Assembly: GCA_964449155.1 (NCBI GenBank)
Contig: CAYVBP010000003.1
Location: 1-49,367 of the forward strand
DNA length: 49,367 nucleotides
Direction: 5' to 3'
From: an uncultured Rhodospirillaceae bacterium
GTDB lineage: Bacteria; Pseudomonadota; Alphaproteobacteria; UBA9219
Shown here in pieces: positions 17,245 through 26,082 of the stretch (within the stretch, counting starts at the first letter, position 1; every line of letters begins with the position of its first letter). Both the position numbers and the translations under genes were made by a program. Below the pieces are notes generated by a model. The model was not told the DNA's origin and did no database searches. It worked only from the letters and a program-made list of their open reading frames with translations.

Positions 17245-18825
17245 GTGCCGGAAGTGGCGAATTCCCGTGAAGACCATTGCCAGTCCGGCTTTGTCCGCAG
17301 CGTCGATGACTTCGTTGTCGCGAATTGAACCGCCGGGTTGAATGACTGCTGTGGCGCCTGCCGCTACCAGCATTTCTAGGCCGTCCGCAAACGGGAAAAA
17401 GGCGTCTGAGGCGGCGACGCTGCCTTTCGTTGAGGGTTCGGCGAGACCCGCTTGTTTTGACATCTCGGCTGCTTTTTGCATGCCGATGCGCGCGCTGTCG
17501 ACGCGGCTCATTTGGCCCGCGCCGATGCCGACTGTCGCGCCGTCCTTGGCGTAGACGATGGTGTTCGACTTGACGTGTTTGGCCACAGTAAAGGCGAAAA
17601 GCATGTCTTTCATTTGTTGATCGGTCGGCGCTTTCTTGGTCGCGACCTTGAGCGCCGATTTGTCGAGGACGACATTGTCGCGCGTTTGCACAAGGTAGCC
17701 GCCGGCGACGGATTTCATAAAACGCCGCGTTTGATGGGGATCCGACATTGATCGGGTCAAAAGGACGCGCAGGTTTTTCTTTCCGGCGAGGATGGCCCGG
17801 GCGTCGTCGTCCATGTCGGGCGCGATGATGACTTCGGAGAATATTTCCGAGATCGCTTTGGCAACCGCGCCGTCCAGAGGGCGGTTGCAGGCGACGATAC
17901 CGCCGAACGGACTAACGGTGTCGCAGGCAAAAGCGCGCTTGTAGGCCGTTAAAAGATCTGGGCCGACCGCGACGCCGCAGGGATTGGCGTGCTTGATGAT
18001 TGCGATGGCGGGGGTGTCTGTGAATTCCGAAACCAGCTCGAACGCCGCATCTGTGTCGTTAATATTATTATAGCTTAGCTCTTTGCCTTGGACCTGAATG
18101 GCGTTGGCGACGCCGGGGATTGTCAGGTCCTCGACATAGAATGACGCCGTCTGGTGCGGGTTTTCGCCGTAGCGCAGCGCTTGCTGTTTGCGCGCGGAAA
18201 ACGTAACGATATCGGGATAGCTTTCGTCGAGCTGTCCCGCAAACCACGTCGAGATGGCGCTATCGTAGCTTGCCGTGTGCGCAAAAGCTGCGGCTGCAAG
18301 CTTTTTGCGGAACTCGGGTGTCGTGCTGCCGTTTTGTGCCGTCATTTCAGCGATCACTCCGTCGTAATCGGAGGGATCCGTTACGACGGTGACCGAGTCG
18401 TGGTTTTTCGCGGCCGAACGCACCATCGCGGGGCCACCGATGTCGATGTTTTCGATGCAGGCTTCGAATTCCGCGCCTTTTGCGACGGTTTCGCGGAAAG
18501 GATATAGATTGACCGCGACGAGGTCGATGGGGGGGAGGTTGTGTTTAAGTGCTTGATCCTGATGCGTTTTAAGGTCGCGGCGCTGGAGGATTCCGCCGTG
18601 AACGCGCGGATGAAGCGTTTTGACCCTGCCGTCCAGTATTTCGGGAAAACCCGTGTAATCGCCGACTTCCGTAACCTTGATCCCTGCTTGCCGAAGCGTT
18701 GCGGCCGAACCGCCCGTCGACAGGATTTCGACATCGAAAGAAGCCAGTTTTCGCGCAAATTCGACCAAGCCTGTTTTGTTCGAGACAGAGATTAATGCGC
18801 GGGTAATTTTATGTGTCTGGGGCAT
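17242..18825 (-). CDS. purH: Bifunctional AICAR transformylase / IMP cyclohydrolase
   Basis: 527 aa with [28 protein letters not shown] and the family-typical C-terminus GIRHFRH. Confidence 0.95.
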   Translation of the reverse strand: MPQTHKITRALISVSNKTGLVEFARKLASFDVEILSTGGSAATLRQAGIKVTEVGDYTGFPEILDGRVKTLHPRVHGGILQRRDLKTHQDQALKHNLPPIDLVAVNLYPFRETVAKGAEFEACIENIDIGGPAMVRSAAKNHDSVTVVTDPSDYDGVIAEMTAQNGSTTPEFRKKLAAAAFAHTASYDSAISTWFAGQLDESYPDIVTFSARKQQALRYGENPHQTASFYVEDLTIPGVANAIQVQGKELSYNNINDTDAAFELVSEFTDTPAIAIIKHANPCGVAVGPDLLTAYKRAFACDTVSPFGGIVACNRPLDGAVAKAISEIFSEVIIAPDMDDDARAILAGKKNLRVLLTRSMSDPHQTRRFMKSVAGGYLVQTRDNVVLDKSALKVATKKAPTDQQMKDMLFAFTVAKHVKSNTIVYAKDGATVGIGAGQMSRVDSARIGMQKAAEMSKQAGLAEPSTKGSVAASDAFFPFADGLEMLVAAGATAVIQPGGSIRDNEVIDAADKAGLAMVFTGIRHFRH

Positions 18826-18983
18826 GGGATCCGTTCGCCTAAATGTCAGGGGGCAGGGCCTCTAGTTACCAAATATTACCATTTTCGTACAGACGATTCT
18901 TTTTAATTTTATGCGCGCGCTTTACAGGCTCATTCGACGCTGATATACCCTCGCGGTCGGTATTTAAGACGGGGACTTTAAAG

Positions 18984-19931
18984 ATGAAGCTTATTGCAGG
19001 CAACAGCAACAGGCCGCTAGCGGAAGCTATTGCTCAAAATCTTGGCATGCCCTTGGTTAAGGCGTCCATTAAACATTTTGCCGATCAGGAAATTTTCTTT
19101 GAAGTTTCGGAAAATGTGCGCGGCGAAGACGCTTTTATCATTCAGCCAACGTCTTTCCCCGCGAACGACACGCTGATGGAGTTGCTGGTCATGATCGACA
19201 CGCTTCGCCGGGCCTCGGCGCGGCGCATCACGACCGTCATTCCCTATTTCGGCTATGCGCGGCAGGACCGCAAGACAACTTCGCGGTCTCCGATTACGGC
19301 CAAGCTTGTTGCGAATATCATTACCACGGCTGGCGCTCATCGCGTGCTGACGCTCGATTTGCATGCCGGGCAGATTCAGGGTTTTTTCGATATTCCTGTC
19401 GATAATCTTTTCGTTGGCCCGGTTTTCGTGCGCCATGTGCGCGACTCTCTGTCGGTTCAAGGCAAGATGCCGGACAACCTTATGATCGTGTCGCCGGACG
19501 TTGGCGGCGTTGTTCGCGCTCGCGCGATGGCAAAGAAACTTGAGTGCGGTCTTGCGATCATCGACAAGCGCCGCGAAAAGGCGAACGAGTCCGAAGTGAT
19601 GAACATCATCGGCGATGTCAAGGGCCGGGATTGCATTATGGTCGACGATATTGTCGACAGTGCCGGAACCCTTTGCAATGCGGCTGAGGCTTTGATTAAA
19701 GCGGGCGCGAAATCCGCATCGGCCTATTGTTCGCATGGCGTTTTGTCGGGCAATGCCGTTGAGCGCGTGAACGCTTCCGCGCTTGATAAGCTTGTCGTAA
19801 CCGATTCGATCATGGCCAAGCCCGAGGCGACCGCATCGTCGAAAATCAAGCAGATCACCATCGCGCCGTTGATGGCGGAGGCGATTATTCGCATCAATCA
19901 GGAACGCTCCGTTTCGAGCCTGTTCAACTAG
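18984..19931 (+). CDS. prs: Ribose-phosphate pyrophosphokinase
   Basis: MKLIAGNSN start, [30 protein letters not shown] and [14 protein letters not shown]-binding loop. 315 aa from ATG 18984. Confidence 0.95.
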   Translation: MKLIAGNSNRPLAEAIAQNLGMPLVKASIKHFADQEIFFEVSENVRGEDAFIIQPTSFPANDTLMELLVMIDTLRRASARRITTVIPYFGYARQDRKTTSRSPITAKLVANIITTAGAHRVLTLDLHAGQIQGFFDIPVDNLFVGPVFVRHVRDSLSVQGKMPDNLMIVSPDVGGVVRARAMAKKLECGLAIIDKRREKANESEVMNIIGDVKGRDCIMVDDIVDSAGTLCNAAEALIKAGAKSASAYCSHGVLSGNAVERVNASALDKLVVTDSIMAKPEATASSKIKQITIAPLMAEAIIRINQERSVSSLFN

Positions 19932-19940
19932 AGTGGTCTG

Positions 19941-21149
19941 ATGACTTTTCGCGTCAGTGCGATGAAAAAAAATTTGCCGGGCATGCTGCTGAGCGTTCTT
20001 GGCGTTTCCTATGCCGTTGTGTTTCTGGCGTCGCTTTATGCCCAGACGCCGATATTTCTTATCAAGTTTTTTTCGTTAGGGTACGACTACCGTGAATTTA
20101 TTTACGCGGCAAAGTCCATTGCGAGAGGCGTCGATCCCTATGTGTCCGAGAGGATCGTTTCTCCGCCGCTTTCGCTTTTCGTTAATTTTCCCTTGGCTTC
20201 TTTTGACGAGACGACAGCCGTAAGGATTTTTTTTGCCGCGAATGCAGCGGCCGTTTTTGGTTCGATCTATGCCGCGTTAAGGGCGACGGGGTTTTCTTGC
20301 TTCGACAGAATTGCGTTTTTGCTCATAACTTTGTTTTGCGCCCCGACTTTGATGCTGCTTGAACGCGGAAATCTGGATGGCATTGTTCTGCTATTGCTGA
20401 CCGTTTTTTTCTTGCAGGGCAAGCGCGAAGGCGTGGCGGGCGTCGCGTTGGGCCTTGCCGCGTCGATTAAGATCTATCCGATCGTTTTATTTGGGCCTCT
20501 TCTTTGGGCCAGAAAATGGCGTACGGCTGCGGCGGCATTTTTTGTCATGGCGGTTCCTCTTGTTGTTCTGTGGGCTGTTTGGCCGGAGGTTTGCTTGTCC
20601 TTTGTCGAAAGGACGTTGGCGCGCGCGAATTTCGTTCGCTTCGACGAAAACCTTTCTGCCGCTAACTTTTTTTTCGAAGCCGGGAAACATCTTCCGGAAC
20701 AAGCGCAGCTTTGGATTGCGCCGATATATAAGGCCGCTTTGGGGGGCTTGGCCGTCGTTGGCGTGTGGGCTGATTTTAAGAGAAATCGAAAGAATCGGCT
20801 GGATGAGTCAACGCAAACCGTTTTAGCTGCCAGTTATCTTGTTTTTGCCGTCAATGCGCCTTTGACCGTATACCTCTATTCGGGCGTTGTCGTTCTTTTG
20901 CTCTTAATTTTGACGCTAAGGGGAAAGGTTCCTACAGGGCCTTTGGCGCTATCGCTGCTTGCCGCTGGAAGCGCGCTTGTTTTTTTCCCGGCCCGCGCGT
21001 TTGATTTGACGCTTCAAAACGTTCCTGTTCTATATAAACTTAACTTTTTTCCTCAGGTTGGCGGCTTGCTTTTGCTGTTGTATTTTGTGGCGCTTCGCGT
21101 TGAAAAACCTGGCGTTGTTAAGCCTTGTGAAGCGAAGGGGGCGCAATAA
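19941..21149 (+). CDS. Polytopic membrane protein, GT-C fold DUF2029/GT87-like glycosyltransferase (paralog 1)
   Basis: About 10 hydrophobic segments. First-loop motif GYDYREFIYAAKSIARGVDPYV, then LERGNLDGIVLLLLT and AASIKIYPIV. The family call is from memory of the DUF2029 pattern. Confidence 0.65.
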   Translation: MTFRVSAMKKNLPGMLLSVLGVSYAVVFLASLYAQTPIFLIKFFSLGYDYREFIYAAKSIARGVDPYVSERIVSPPLSLFVNFPLASFDETTAVRIFFAANAAAVFGSIYAALRATGFSCFDRIAFLLITLFCAPTLMLLERGNLDGIVLLLLTVFFLQGKREGVAGVALGLAASIKIYPIVLFGPLLWARKWRTAAAAFFVMAVPLVVLWAVWPEVCLSFVERTLARANFVRFDENLSAANFFFEAGKHLPEQAQLWIAPIYKAALGGLAVVGVWADFKRNRKNRLDESTQTVLAASYLVFAVNAPLTVYLYSGVVVLLLLILTLRGKVPTGPLALSLLAAGSALVFFPARAFDLTLQNVPVLYKLNFFPQVGGLLLLLYFVALRVEKPGVVKPCEAKGAQ

Positions 21150-21253
21150 GCAAAGGGGACACAATAAAAATACCCAAACTGCGGTTCTCCGTTCCGCACT
21201 GCCTTTTCTTGCATTTTTATTGTGTCCCCCGTGTCCCGGATTCTGGGTATATA
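21148..21253. repeat. MITE-like element, copy 3 (truncated: left outer arm missing, right arm internally deleted)
   Basis: AAGCAAAGGGGACACAATAAAAATACCCAAACTGCGGTTCTCCGTTCCGCACTGCCTTTTCTTGCATTTTTATTGTGTCCCCCGTGTCCC matches the copy 2 core in the same orientation. It begins within the stop codon of the upstream gene. Confidence 0.8.
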
Positions 21254-21273
21254 AGGGGTAATCACGCTTTGGG

Positions 21274-22515
21274 GTGAAAAACTTGGATTGCCGCGTTCGA
21301 TTGCTCAAGAAACAAATTCCGTTCGTTCTGGCGACTGCTCTTGCTGTGTCGTACGGGATTTTGTTTTTGCTCGCTCTTTTTTGGCAGAAGCCTATTGTTT
21401 TGGTCGGGCAGATCGGCCTTGGGTTCGATTACAGCATTTTTCATCGCGCGTCCCGCGTCATGATGTCGGGATACGATCCTTATGTCATCGACGGGCTTTA
21501 TGTTGCGCCTCCGTTGGCGGCTTTTATCAATATGCCTCTGGCGATGCTTTCGCGCGCCGCAGCGACCGGAGTTTTTTTCGTCGTCAATGCCGTTATTGCG
21601 CTTTTTTGCACGTATGCGCTATCGGCTCGGGCGGGGATTTTGGGCGCGCGCAGGCTTGCGATGCTGTTTGTGGCTTTGTTCTGCGCGCCGACCATGATGC
21701 TTGTCGAACGAGGAAATATCGATGGCATTGTCCTGCTTTTTCTGACGCTTTGGTACTTGCTTTGGGATCGTCAAATTCTGTCTGGCATCGCTTTGGGCGT
21801 TGCGGCAGCGGTTAAGGTTTATCCTTTAGTTGTACTTCCGGGATTGTTGGGCGCAAAAAGATTTAGATCTTTTGCCGTGGCCTTAGGCGTCGCGGTTGTT
21901 TCGACAGGCGCGATGTATGTCGTTTGGCCGGAACTTGTGATTTCATTTTTTGAAAGGTCTTCGGATCGGACGGCGTGGACGCGCCTTAACGAGAATATTT
22001 CATCCGCAAACCTTTTTATTCAAGCGATGGATGAACCCTCCGATGGCTTGATCCGTTCGGGATTGGGCGGGATTAGGATTTATATGTATAAGGCCATGAT
22101 TGCGGCGTTCTTGGGACTGGGGGTGTTTTGGGACTTTAAAAAGGCGCGGGCCGGGGAAATCGCGAAAAACCGTGGCAAAGTTCTTGCCGTTAGCTACCTT
22201 GCTTTTGCGGTCAATGTGCCGTCCCTTGTGTTTCTTTATTGCGGGGTCGTCGTTTTGTTGATTCTGCTGTCGGCTTTGGACAGAAAGGCGTCGGTTGGTC
22301 CCGTTTCGTTGTCGCTGCTTATGGCTGCATCATTTCTTATCTTTTTTCCGGCCCGGTCCTTCGAAATTACGCTGAATCATATACCGTTTATTAAGCTCGT
22401 CGATTTTGTGCCTGAAATAGGGGGATTGGTTTTGTTATTATATTTCATGGCGTTGCGGCTTGAGGGGCGGGGGCAGGAGCTGAAAATTAAAAAAGACTCG
22501 CGTTGCTTCGAATAA
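21274..22515 (+). CDS. Polytopic membrane protein, GT-C fold DUF2029/GT87-like glycosyltransferase (paralog 2)
   Basis: GTG start. Collinear with 19941-21149: GFDYSIFHRASRVMMSGYDPYV, VERGNIDGIVLLFLT, AAAVKVYPLV. Confidence 0.65.
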   Translation: MKNLDCRVRLLKKQIPFVLATALAVSYGILFLLALFWQKPIVLVGQIGLGFDYSIFHRASRVMMSGYDPYVIDGLYVAPPLAAFINMPLAMLSRAAATGVFFVVNAVIALFCTYALSARAGILGARRLAMLFVALFCAPTMMLVERGNIDGIVLLFLTLWYLLWDRQILSGIALGVAAAVKVYPLVVLPGLLGAKRFRSFAVALGVAVVSTGAMYVVWPELVISFFERSSDRTAWTRLNENISSANLFIQAMDEPSDGLIRSGLGGIRIYMYKAMIAAFLGLGVFWDFKKARAGEIAKNRGKVLAVSYLAFAVNVPSLVFLYCGVVVLLILLSALDRKASVGPVSLSLLMAASFLIFFPARSFEITLNHIPFIKLVDFVPEIGGLVLLLYFMALRLEGRGQELKIKKDSRCFE

Positions 22516-22536
22516 ATCTGCTAAAGAACGGGCCGC

Positions 22537-22572
22537 AAGACAGGCACCCCTGGAGGCCGTCTTTGCTTGTTT
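22537..22572 (+). terminator. Possible intrinsic terminator after the second GT-C gene
   Basis: Imperfect stem AAGAC(A)GGC / GCCGTCTT (22537-22545 / 22556-22563) followed by TGCTTGTTT. There is one bulge and the U-tract is weak. Confidence 0.3.
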
Positions 22573-22677
22573 AGAGCTGTTTTATCGCGTTGTCAGGGGG
22601 CAGCTAAAGAGTGTGCGGGAATCTTTGCTCGCGCGCGTCGATGCTTCTCTCCCGTCAGCGCCATCATGGAGAGAAAT

Positions 22678-23409
22678 ATGACCGACGTTACCCTTCTTCC
22701 CGTTTCCGCCCGCACCAAGTCCACAAAAGGCGCGTTGAGCGGTCTTCGCGCCAAGGGATTCATTCCCGCCGTTATTTACGGCGATAAGAAAGAGCCGGAT
22801 GCCATCGCCATCGAAGCTAAGCTTTTGGCTCGCCAGCTTGAAAGGGCGGGGTTTTTGACCCGCTTGTTCGATCTTGATCTGGGCGGTAAGAAAATCCGCG
22901 TTCTTCCCCGCGACGTTCAGACGGATCCCGTTTCGGATTGTCCTGTGCATGTCGATTTCTTGCGCGTTTCTGCCGATACGCGCGTTCGCGTTTCGGTTCC
23001 TGTTTCGTTTATCAATGCGGAAAAATCTCCGGGCATCAAGCGCGGCGGCACGCTTAACATCGTTCACCACGAGATCGAAGTTATGTGCGCGCCCGAAAAC
23101 ATCCCGACGTCCTTTGAGTTTAGTCTCGAAGGCTTGCAGATTAACGACGCAGTTCACTTGAGCGCGTTGAATCTTTCTTCGGACATCAAGCCTACGACGC
23201 GCGAAAAGGATTATACGATTGCGACGATCGCAGTTCCCAGCGCCATTCGTTCCGAGAACGAAGCGGCATCCGCTGCCGCTGCGGCTCCTGCTGTTGCCGC
23301 TGTGGAAGGCGCTGCTGCGGCCCCTGCCGCCGCCGCCGCTGCTCCGGCGGCGGGCGCTGCCGCTGCTGCGGCCCCTGCTGCGGCCAAGAAGCCCGAAGGA
23401 AAGAAATAA
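22678..23409 (+). CDS. rplY: 50S ribosomal protein L25 / general stress protein Ctc, with an Ala/Pro-rich C-terminal tail
   Basis: LRAKGFIPAVIYG, LPRDVQTDPVSDCPVHVDFLRV. ATG 22678 is preceded by GGAGAG. The last ~50 aa are low complexity (AAAAPAVAAVEGAAAAPAAAAAAP...). Confidence 0.9.
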   Translation: MTDVTLLPVSARTKSTKGALSGLRAKGFIPAVIYGDKKEPDAIAIEAKLLARQLERAGFLTRLFDLDLGGKKIRVLPRDVQTDPVSDCPVHVDFLRVSADTRVRVSVPVSFINAEKSPGIKRGGTLNIVHHEIEVMCAPENIPTSFEFSLEGLQINDAVHLSALNLSSDIKPTTREKDYTIATIAVPSAIRSENEAASAAAAAPAVAAVEGAAAAPAAAAAAPAAGAAAAAAPAAAKKPEGKK

Positions 23410-23463
23410 CGAAAAAAGGCCGGGGGCCAAGATGCTCCCGGCCTTTAGTCCTAAGGAGTCTTT

Positions 23464-24045
23464 ATGCCAACGCCGTCTCATCTTATCGTTGGTCTTGGCA
23501 ATCCGGGCGAAGAATACGCGCGTACGCGTCACAACGTCGGGTTTATGGTCGCGGACGAAATCGCGGCGCGTGCCGGGTGTCCTGCGTGGAAAAAGAAATT
23601 CCGCAGTCTTGTTACGGACGGTGACGATTTCCTTCTTATTAAACCTCAGACGTTTATGAATCTGTCTGGCGAAGCGGTTGTGGAGGCGTTGGCGTTCTAT
23701 AAACTTTCTTCGGATCGCGCGATCGTTTTTCACGACGATCTCGATCTTCAACCGGGACAGGTCAAGGTTAAGCAGGGCGGCGGGTCAGGCGGCCACAAGG
23801 GGCTTAAGTCGCTCGATGCGCATATCGGGCCTTGCTATTGGCGCGTTCGGATCGGCATCGGCAGGCCTTTGACCGAGCAGGGGCTTCCGGTAAAGGGCGA
23901 TGCGGTGACGGGGTACGTTCTTAACCCGTTTTCGAAGGCCGACAAGGCATGGCTCGATCCGCTCGTTCGGGCTCTTGCGGCAGAAATCTCACTGTTGCTT
24001 GCGGGCGACGTTGCGGCTTATGTGAAAAAAACGGCAAGCCTTTGA
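23464..24045 (+). CDS. pth: Peptidyl-tRNA hydrolase
   Basis: LIVGLGNPGEEYARTRHNVGF and LLIKPQTFMNLSGEAV motifs. Confidence 0.92.
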   Translation: MPTPSHLIVGLGNPGEEYARTRHNVGFMVADEIAARAGCPAWKKKFRSLVTDGDDFLLIKPQTFMNLSGEAVVEALAFYKLSSDRAIVFHDDLDLQPGQVKVKQGGGSGGHKGLKSLDAHIGPCYWRVRIGIGRPLTEQGLPVKGDAVTGYVLNPFSKADKAWLDPLVRALAAEISLLLAGDVAAYVKKTASL

Positions 24046-24128
24046 ACAAAAAGCCATACCGGTGGCCATTTATTCTCGTTTAACTTTTTTGGCGTACTTT
24101 CGGCACGATTCCCGCGCTTGGAGGTTCC

Positions 24129-25439
24129 ATGTCTTTTTTTTCTTTTAAAACGCTTGCGGTTGGATTGGCCGGGTTGGTTTTGGCCTGTCCTGCGTATGCG
24201 GCGTCGGGAGGCGGCGCGCAGGAATTTGACTGGCAATCCGTTTGGGGAAGGATGCCGGACGAAAAAATTCCCGCAGGCCAACATTCGATTAAGAGAAACA
24301 TTAGAACGTGGGTCGAGCTCTGCGGAAATCCTCAAGCGCAACCGGGTGAGATCAAATCATATTCCATTAACGTGACGGGGGGCCGCGCGCCAGATTACGT
24401 TATCGATACGACCGAATACTTCCGGCAGGGCGTTAACGAAAAAACATGTCCGATGCGCGCGTGCGAAGACGTTAATGGGGACGGAAGCCGCGCGTGCCTT
24501 CTGGCCATTTATGCGAACATAGAACCGAACCAGTTTGCCGGGAAACCCGGCGATGGGCCGTGTCCCGCGACGGCAAGGCAGAACACCGAGTGCCGCGCCG
24601 ATTGCTATGCTTTGCCGAGCCAGTGTCCGGCGCTTTTCGATTACGATATGGGGCCGCCGCTTCTTCTTAGGCATGCGTTCGAGTGGAATTTCATGCCCGT
24701 CGGCGCTTTTCAGGTTAAGATCGCAACCTTTATCAATATGTACGGCGGCAAGATGTACAGGACATTCAATGCAAATCCCGTTCTTTCCATCGATACGAAT
24801 AAAAGCGCATGCACAAAGGAAGAGTTGGAGGCGAATGCGAACAGATGCATTAAATACTATCAGTATATGAACGGACAATTTAACGATTTATACGACGCTC
24901 AACCGAATCCCGGAAAAGTCGAAAACGACGAACGCATTACTTTTGCGCCGTATGACAGAAAAAAGGCTTTAATCGGTCGCGCATGGGGCCGGACGGTCAA
25001 TCTTGATCCAGACTATCAGATGAGAGGCATGGTCGGAACCAAGAAGGGCTTCATGGCGTTGCAGTATGCGCCGACGTATTCGGGTGGCATGTCGTGTCGC
25101 CAATTCAGCAATACGGCGCCCACCAGCCAGATTGCGCCCGCCCATCTGTTGGGAGAGGTCATGGCTTATGTCGATTCCGTTCAAAACGGACGCGTGTACG
25201 GCGTATCGATCGCAAACTGCGACAAAAAATTTACGCCGTGGGTCGGCCAGACGAACTGCCCGCCGCTTGCATGCGGTGAGGCTGCTGTGGTCGGGGCCGA
25301 GCGGCGGTGCCAACGGGCGTCGTCGGCTTATGGGGAATGCAGCGAATGCGCAAGCGTTATTGATGACGATCCTATGATGCTTGCGCCGCATCAATGCACC
25401 TTTACATTGCGGTGCTATGGCCCGCCGTGTCCGCAATAA
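24129..25439 (+). CDS. Secreted cysteine-rich protein of unknown function (436 aa, 20 Cys after the signal peptide)
   Basis: Sec signal peptide MSFFSFKTLAVGLAGLVLACPAYA|AS. I recognise no family. The N-terminal ~250 aa are paralogous to the next gene. Confidence 0.65.
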   Translation: MSFFSFKTLAVGLAGLVLACPAYAASGGGAQEFDWQSVWGRMPDEKIPAGQHSIKRNIRTWVELCGNPQAQPGEIKSYSINVTGGRAPDYVIDTTEYFRQGVNEKTCPMRACEDVNGDGSRACLLAIYANIEPNQFAGKPGDGPCPATARQNTECRADCYALPSQCPALFDYDMGPPLLLRHAFEWNFMPVGAFQVKIATFINMYGGKMYRTFNANPVLSIDTNKSACTKEELEANANRCIKYYQYMNGQFNDLYDAQPNPGKVENDERITFAPYDRKKALIGRAWGRTVNLDPDYQMRGMVGTKKGFMALQYAPTYSGGMSCRQFSNTAPTSQIAPAHLLGEVMAYVDSVQNGRVYGVSIANCDKKFTPWVGQTNCPPLACGEAAVVGAERRCQRASSAYGECSECASVIDDDPMMLAPHQCTFTLRCYGPPCPQ

Positions 25440-25455
25440 GACAGCAGGAGAGGAT

Positions 25456-26082
25456 ATGAAAAACGTAACGTTTCTTTTTTTGCTTTTTGCGTTGGGGTTT
25501 TTCTCAAACGCCGCCTTGGCTGCCGATGGTCCTGTCGATCCTTTGCAGCGCTTGGCCATGCAGGGGGCTGACGACAGGGCGAGCGTCGAAAACGTTATCG
25601 TTGAGCCCGCGATGTTCTCGAGCCTTCCGGAATACATTCAAGGACAAGCCAGGGCCATTGCCGTTTGCGCCGGAGATCCGCGCTATGTTGGACTGATTAA
25701 ATATTTTTCTTATATGTCCGATTATAATCGGGCCGAGAAATTGCCCCCGAACTATATTCTTGATCCGTCAAATCTCGTCAATGCGTCGTTCAGGGAGTGC
25801 GCTGTCGGAGAAATATGCGCGGGCAAGCAATGCGCGTTGATCGGGTACAAGGCGGGCGCTAAGGGATGGACAAGAAATTTTTCTGTCATGATGTATAAGT
25901 GGTCCGTTAATGCGCCGCGTGGAAATCAGAAAAATTCACAAGCGGCGCGGTTCGATATCGTGTCGGTGAACAATCCGCTATGCAGCGCGCAAAACGGTCT
26001 TTCGAACAACATTGGATGCCTTAAACGTTACGAGTGGCGTCTGGGCGGATTGGCTCAGTCGTTGACGGGGGCAGCAAAGTAG
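25456..26082 (+). CDS. Secreted cysteine-containing protein of unknown function (208 aa), paralog of the N-terminal half of 24129-25439
   Basis: ATG 25456 has AGGAGAGG 3 nt upstream. Signal peptide MKNVTFLFLLFALGFFSNAALA|AD. Shared blocks with the upstream gene are PNYILDPSNLV / PDYVIDTTEYF and ECAVGEICAGKQCALIGYKA / CPMRACEDVNGDGSRACLLAIYAN. Confidence 0.65.
   Translation: MKNVTFLFLLFALGFFSNAALAADGPVDPLQRLAMQGADDRASVENVIVEPAMFSSLPEYIQGQARAIAVCAGDPRYVGLIKYFSYMSDYNRAEKLPPNYILDPSNLVNASFRECAVGEICAGKQCALIGYKAGAKGWTRNFSVMMYKWSVNAPRGNQKNSQAARFDIVSVNNPLCSAQNGLSNNIGCLKRYEWRLGGLAQSLTGAAK

Noticed and set aside
18826-18983. A possible ZTP (pfl) or purine riboswitch upstream of purH.
   Set aside because: I read the minus-strand leader and found neither the conserved ZTP 3' element (CCGCCTGGGC-like) nor a GGGTCGTGA-type 5' subdomain. 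The leader is AT-rich with no obvious pseudoknot partners.
22582-23751. A 389-aa ORF antisense to rplY and pth.
   Set aside because: It is a low-complexity Arg/Gly/Ser-rich shadow ORF that spans two well-supported plus-strand genes and their intergenic gap. It has no motifs.
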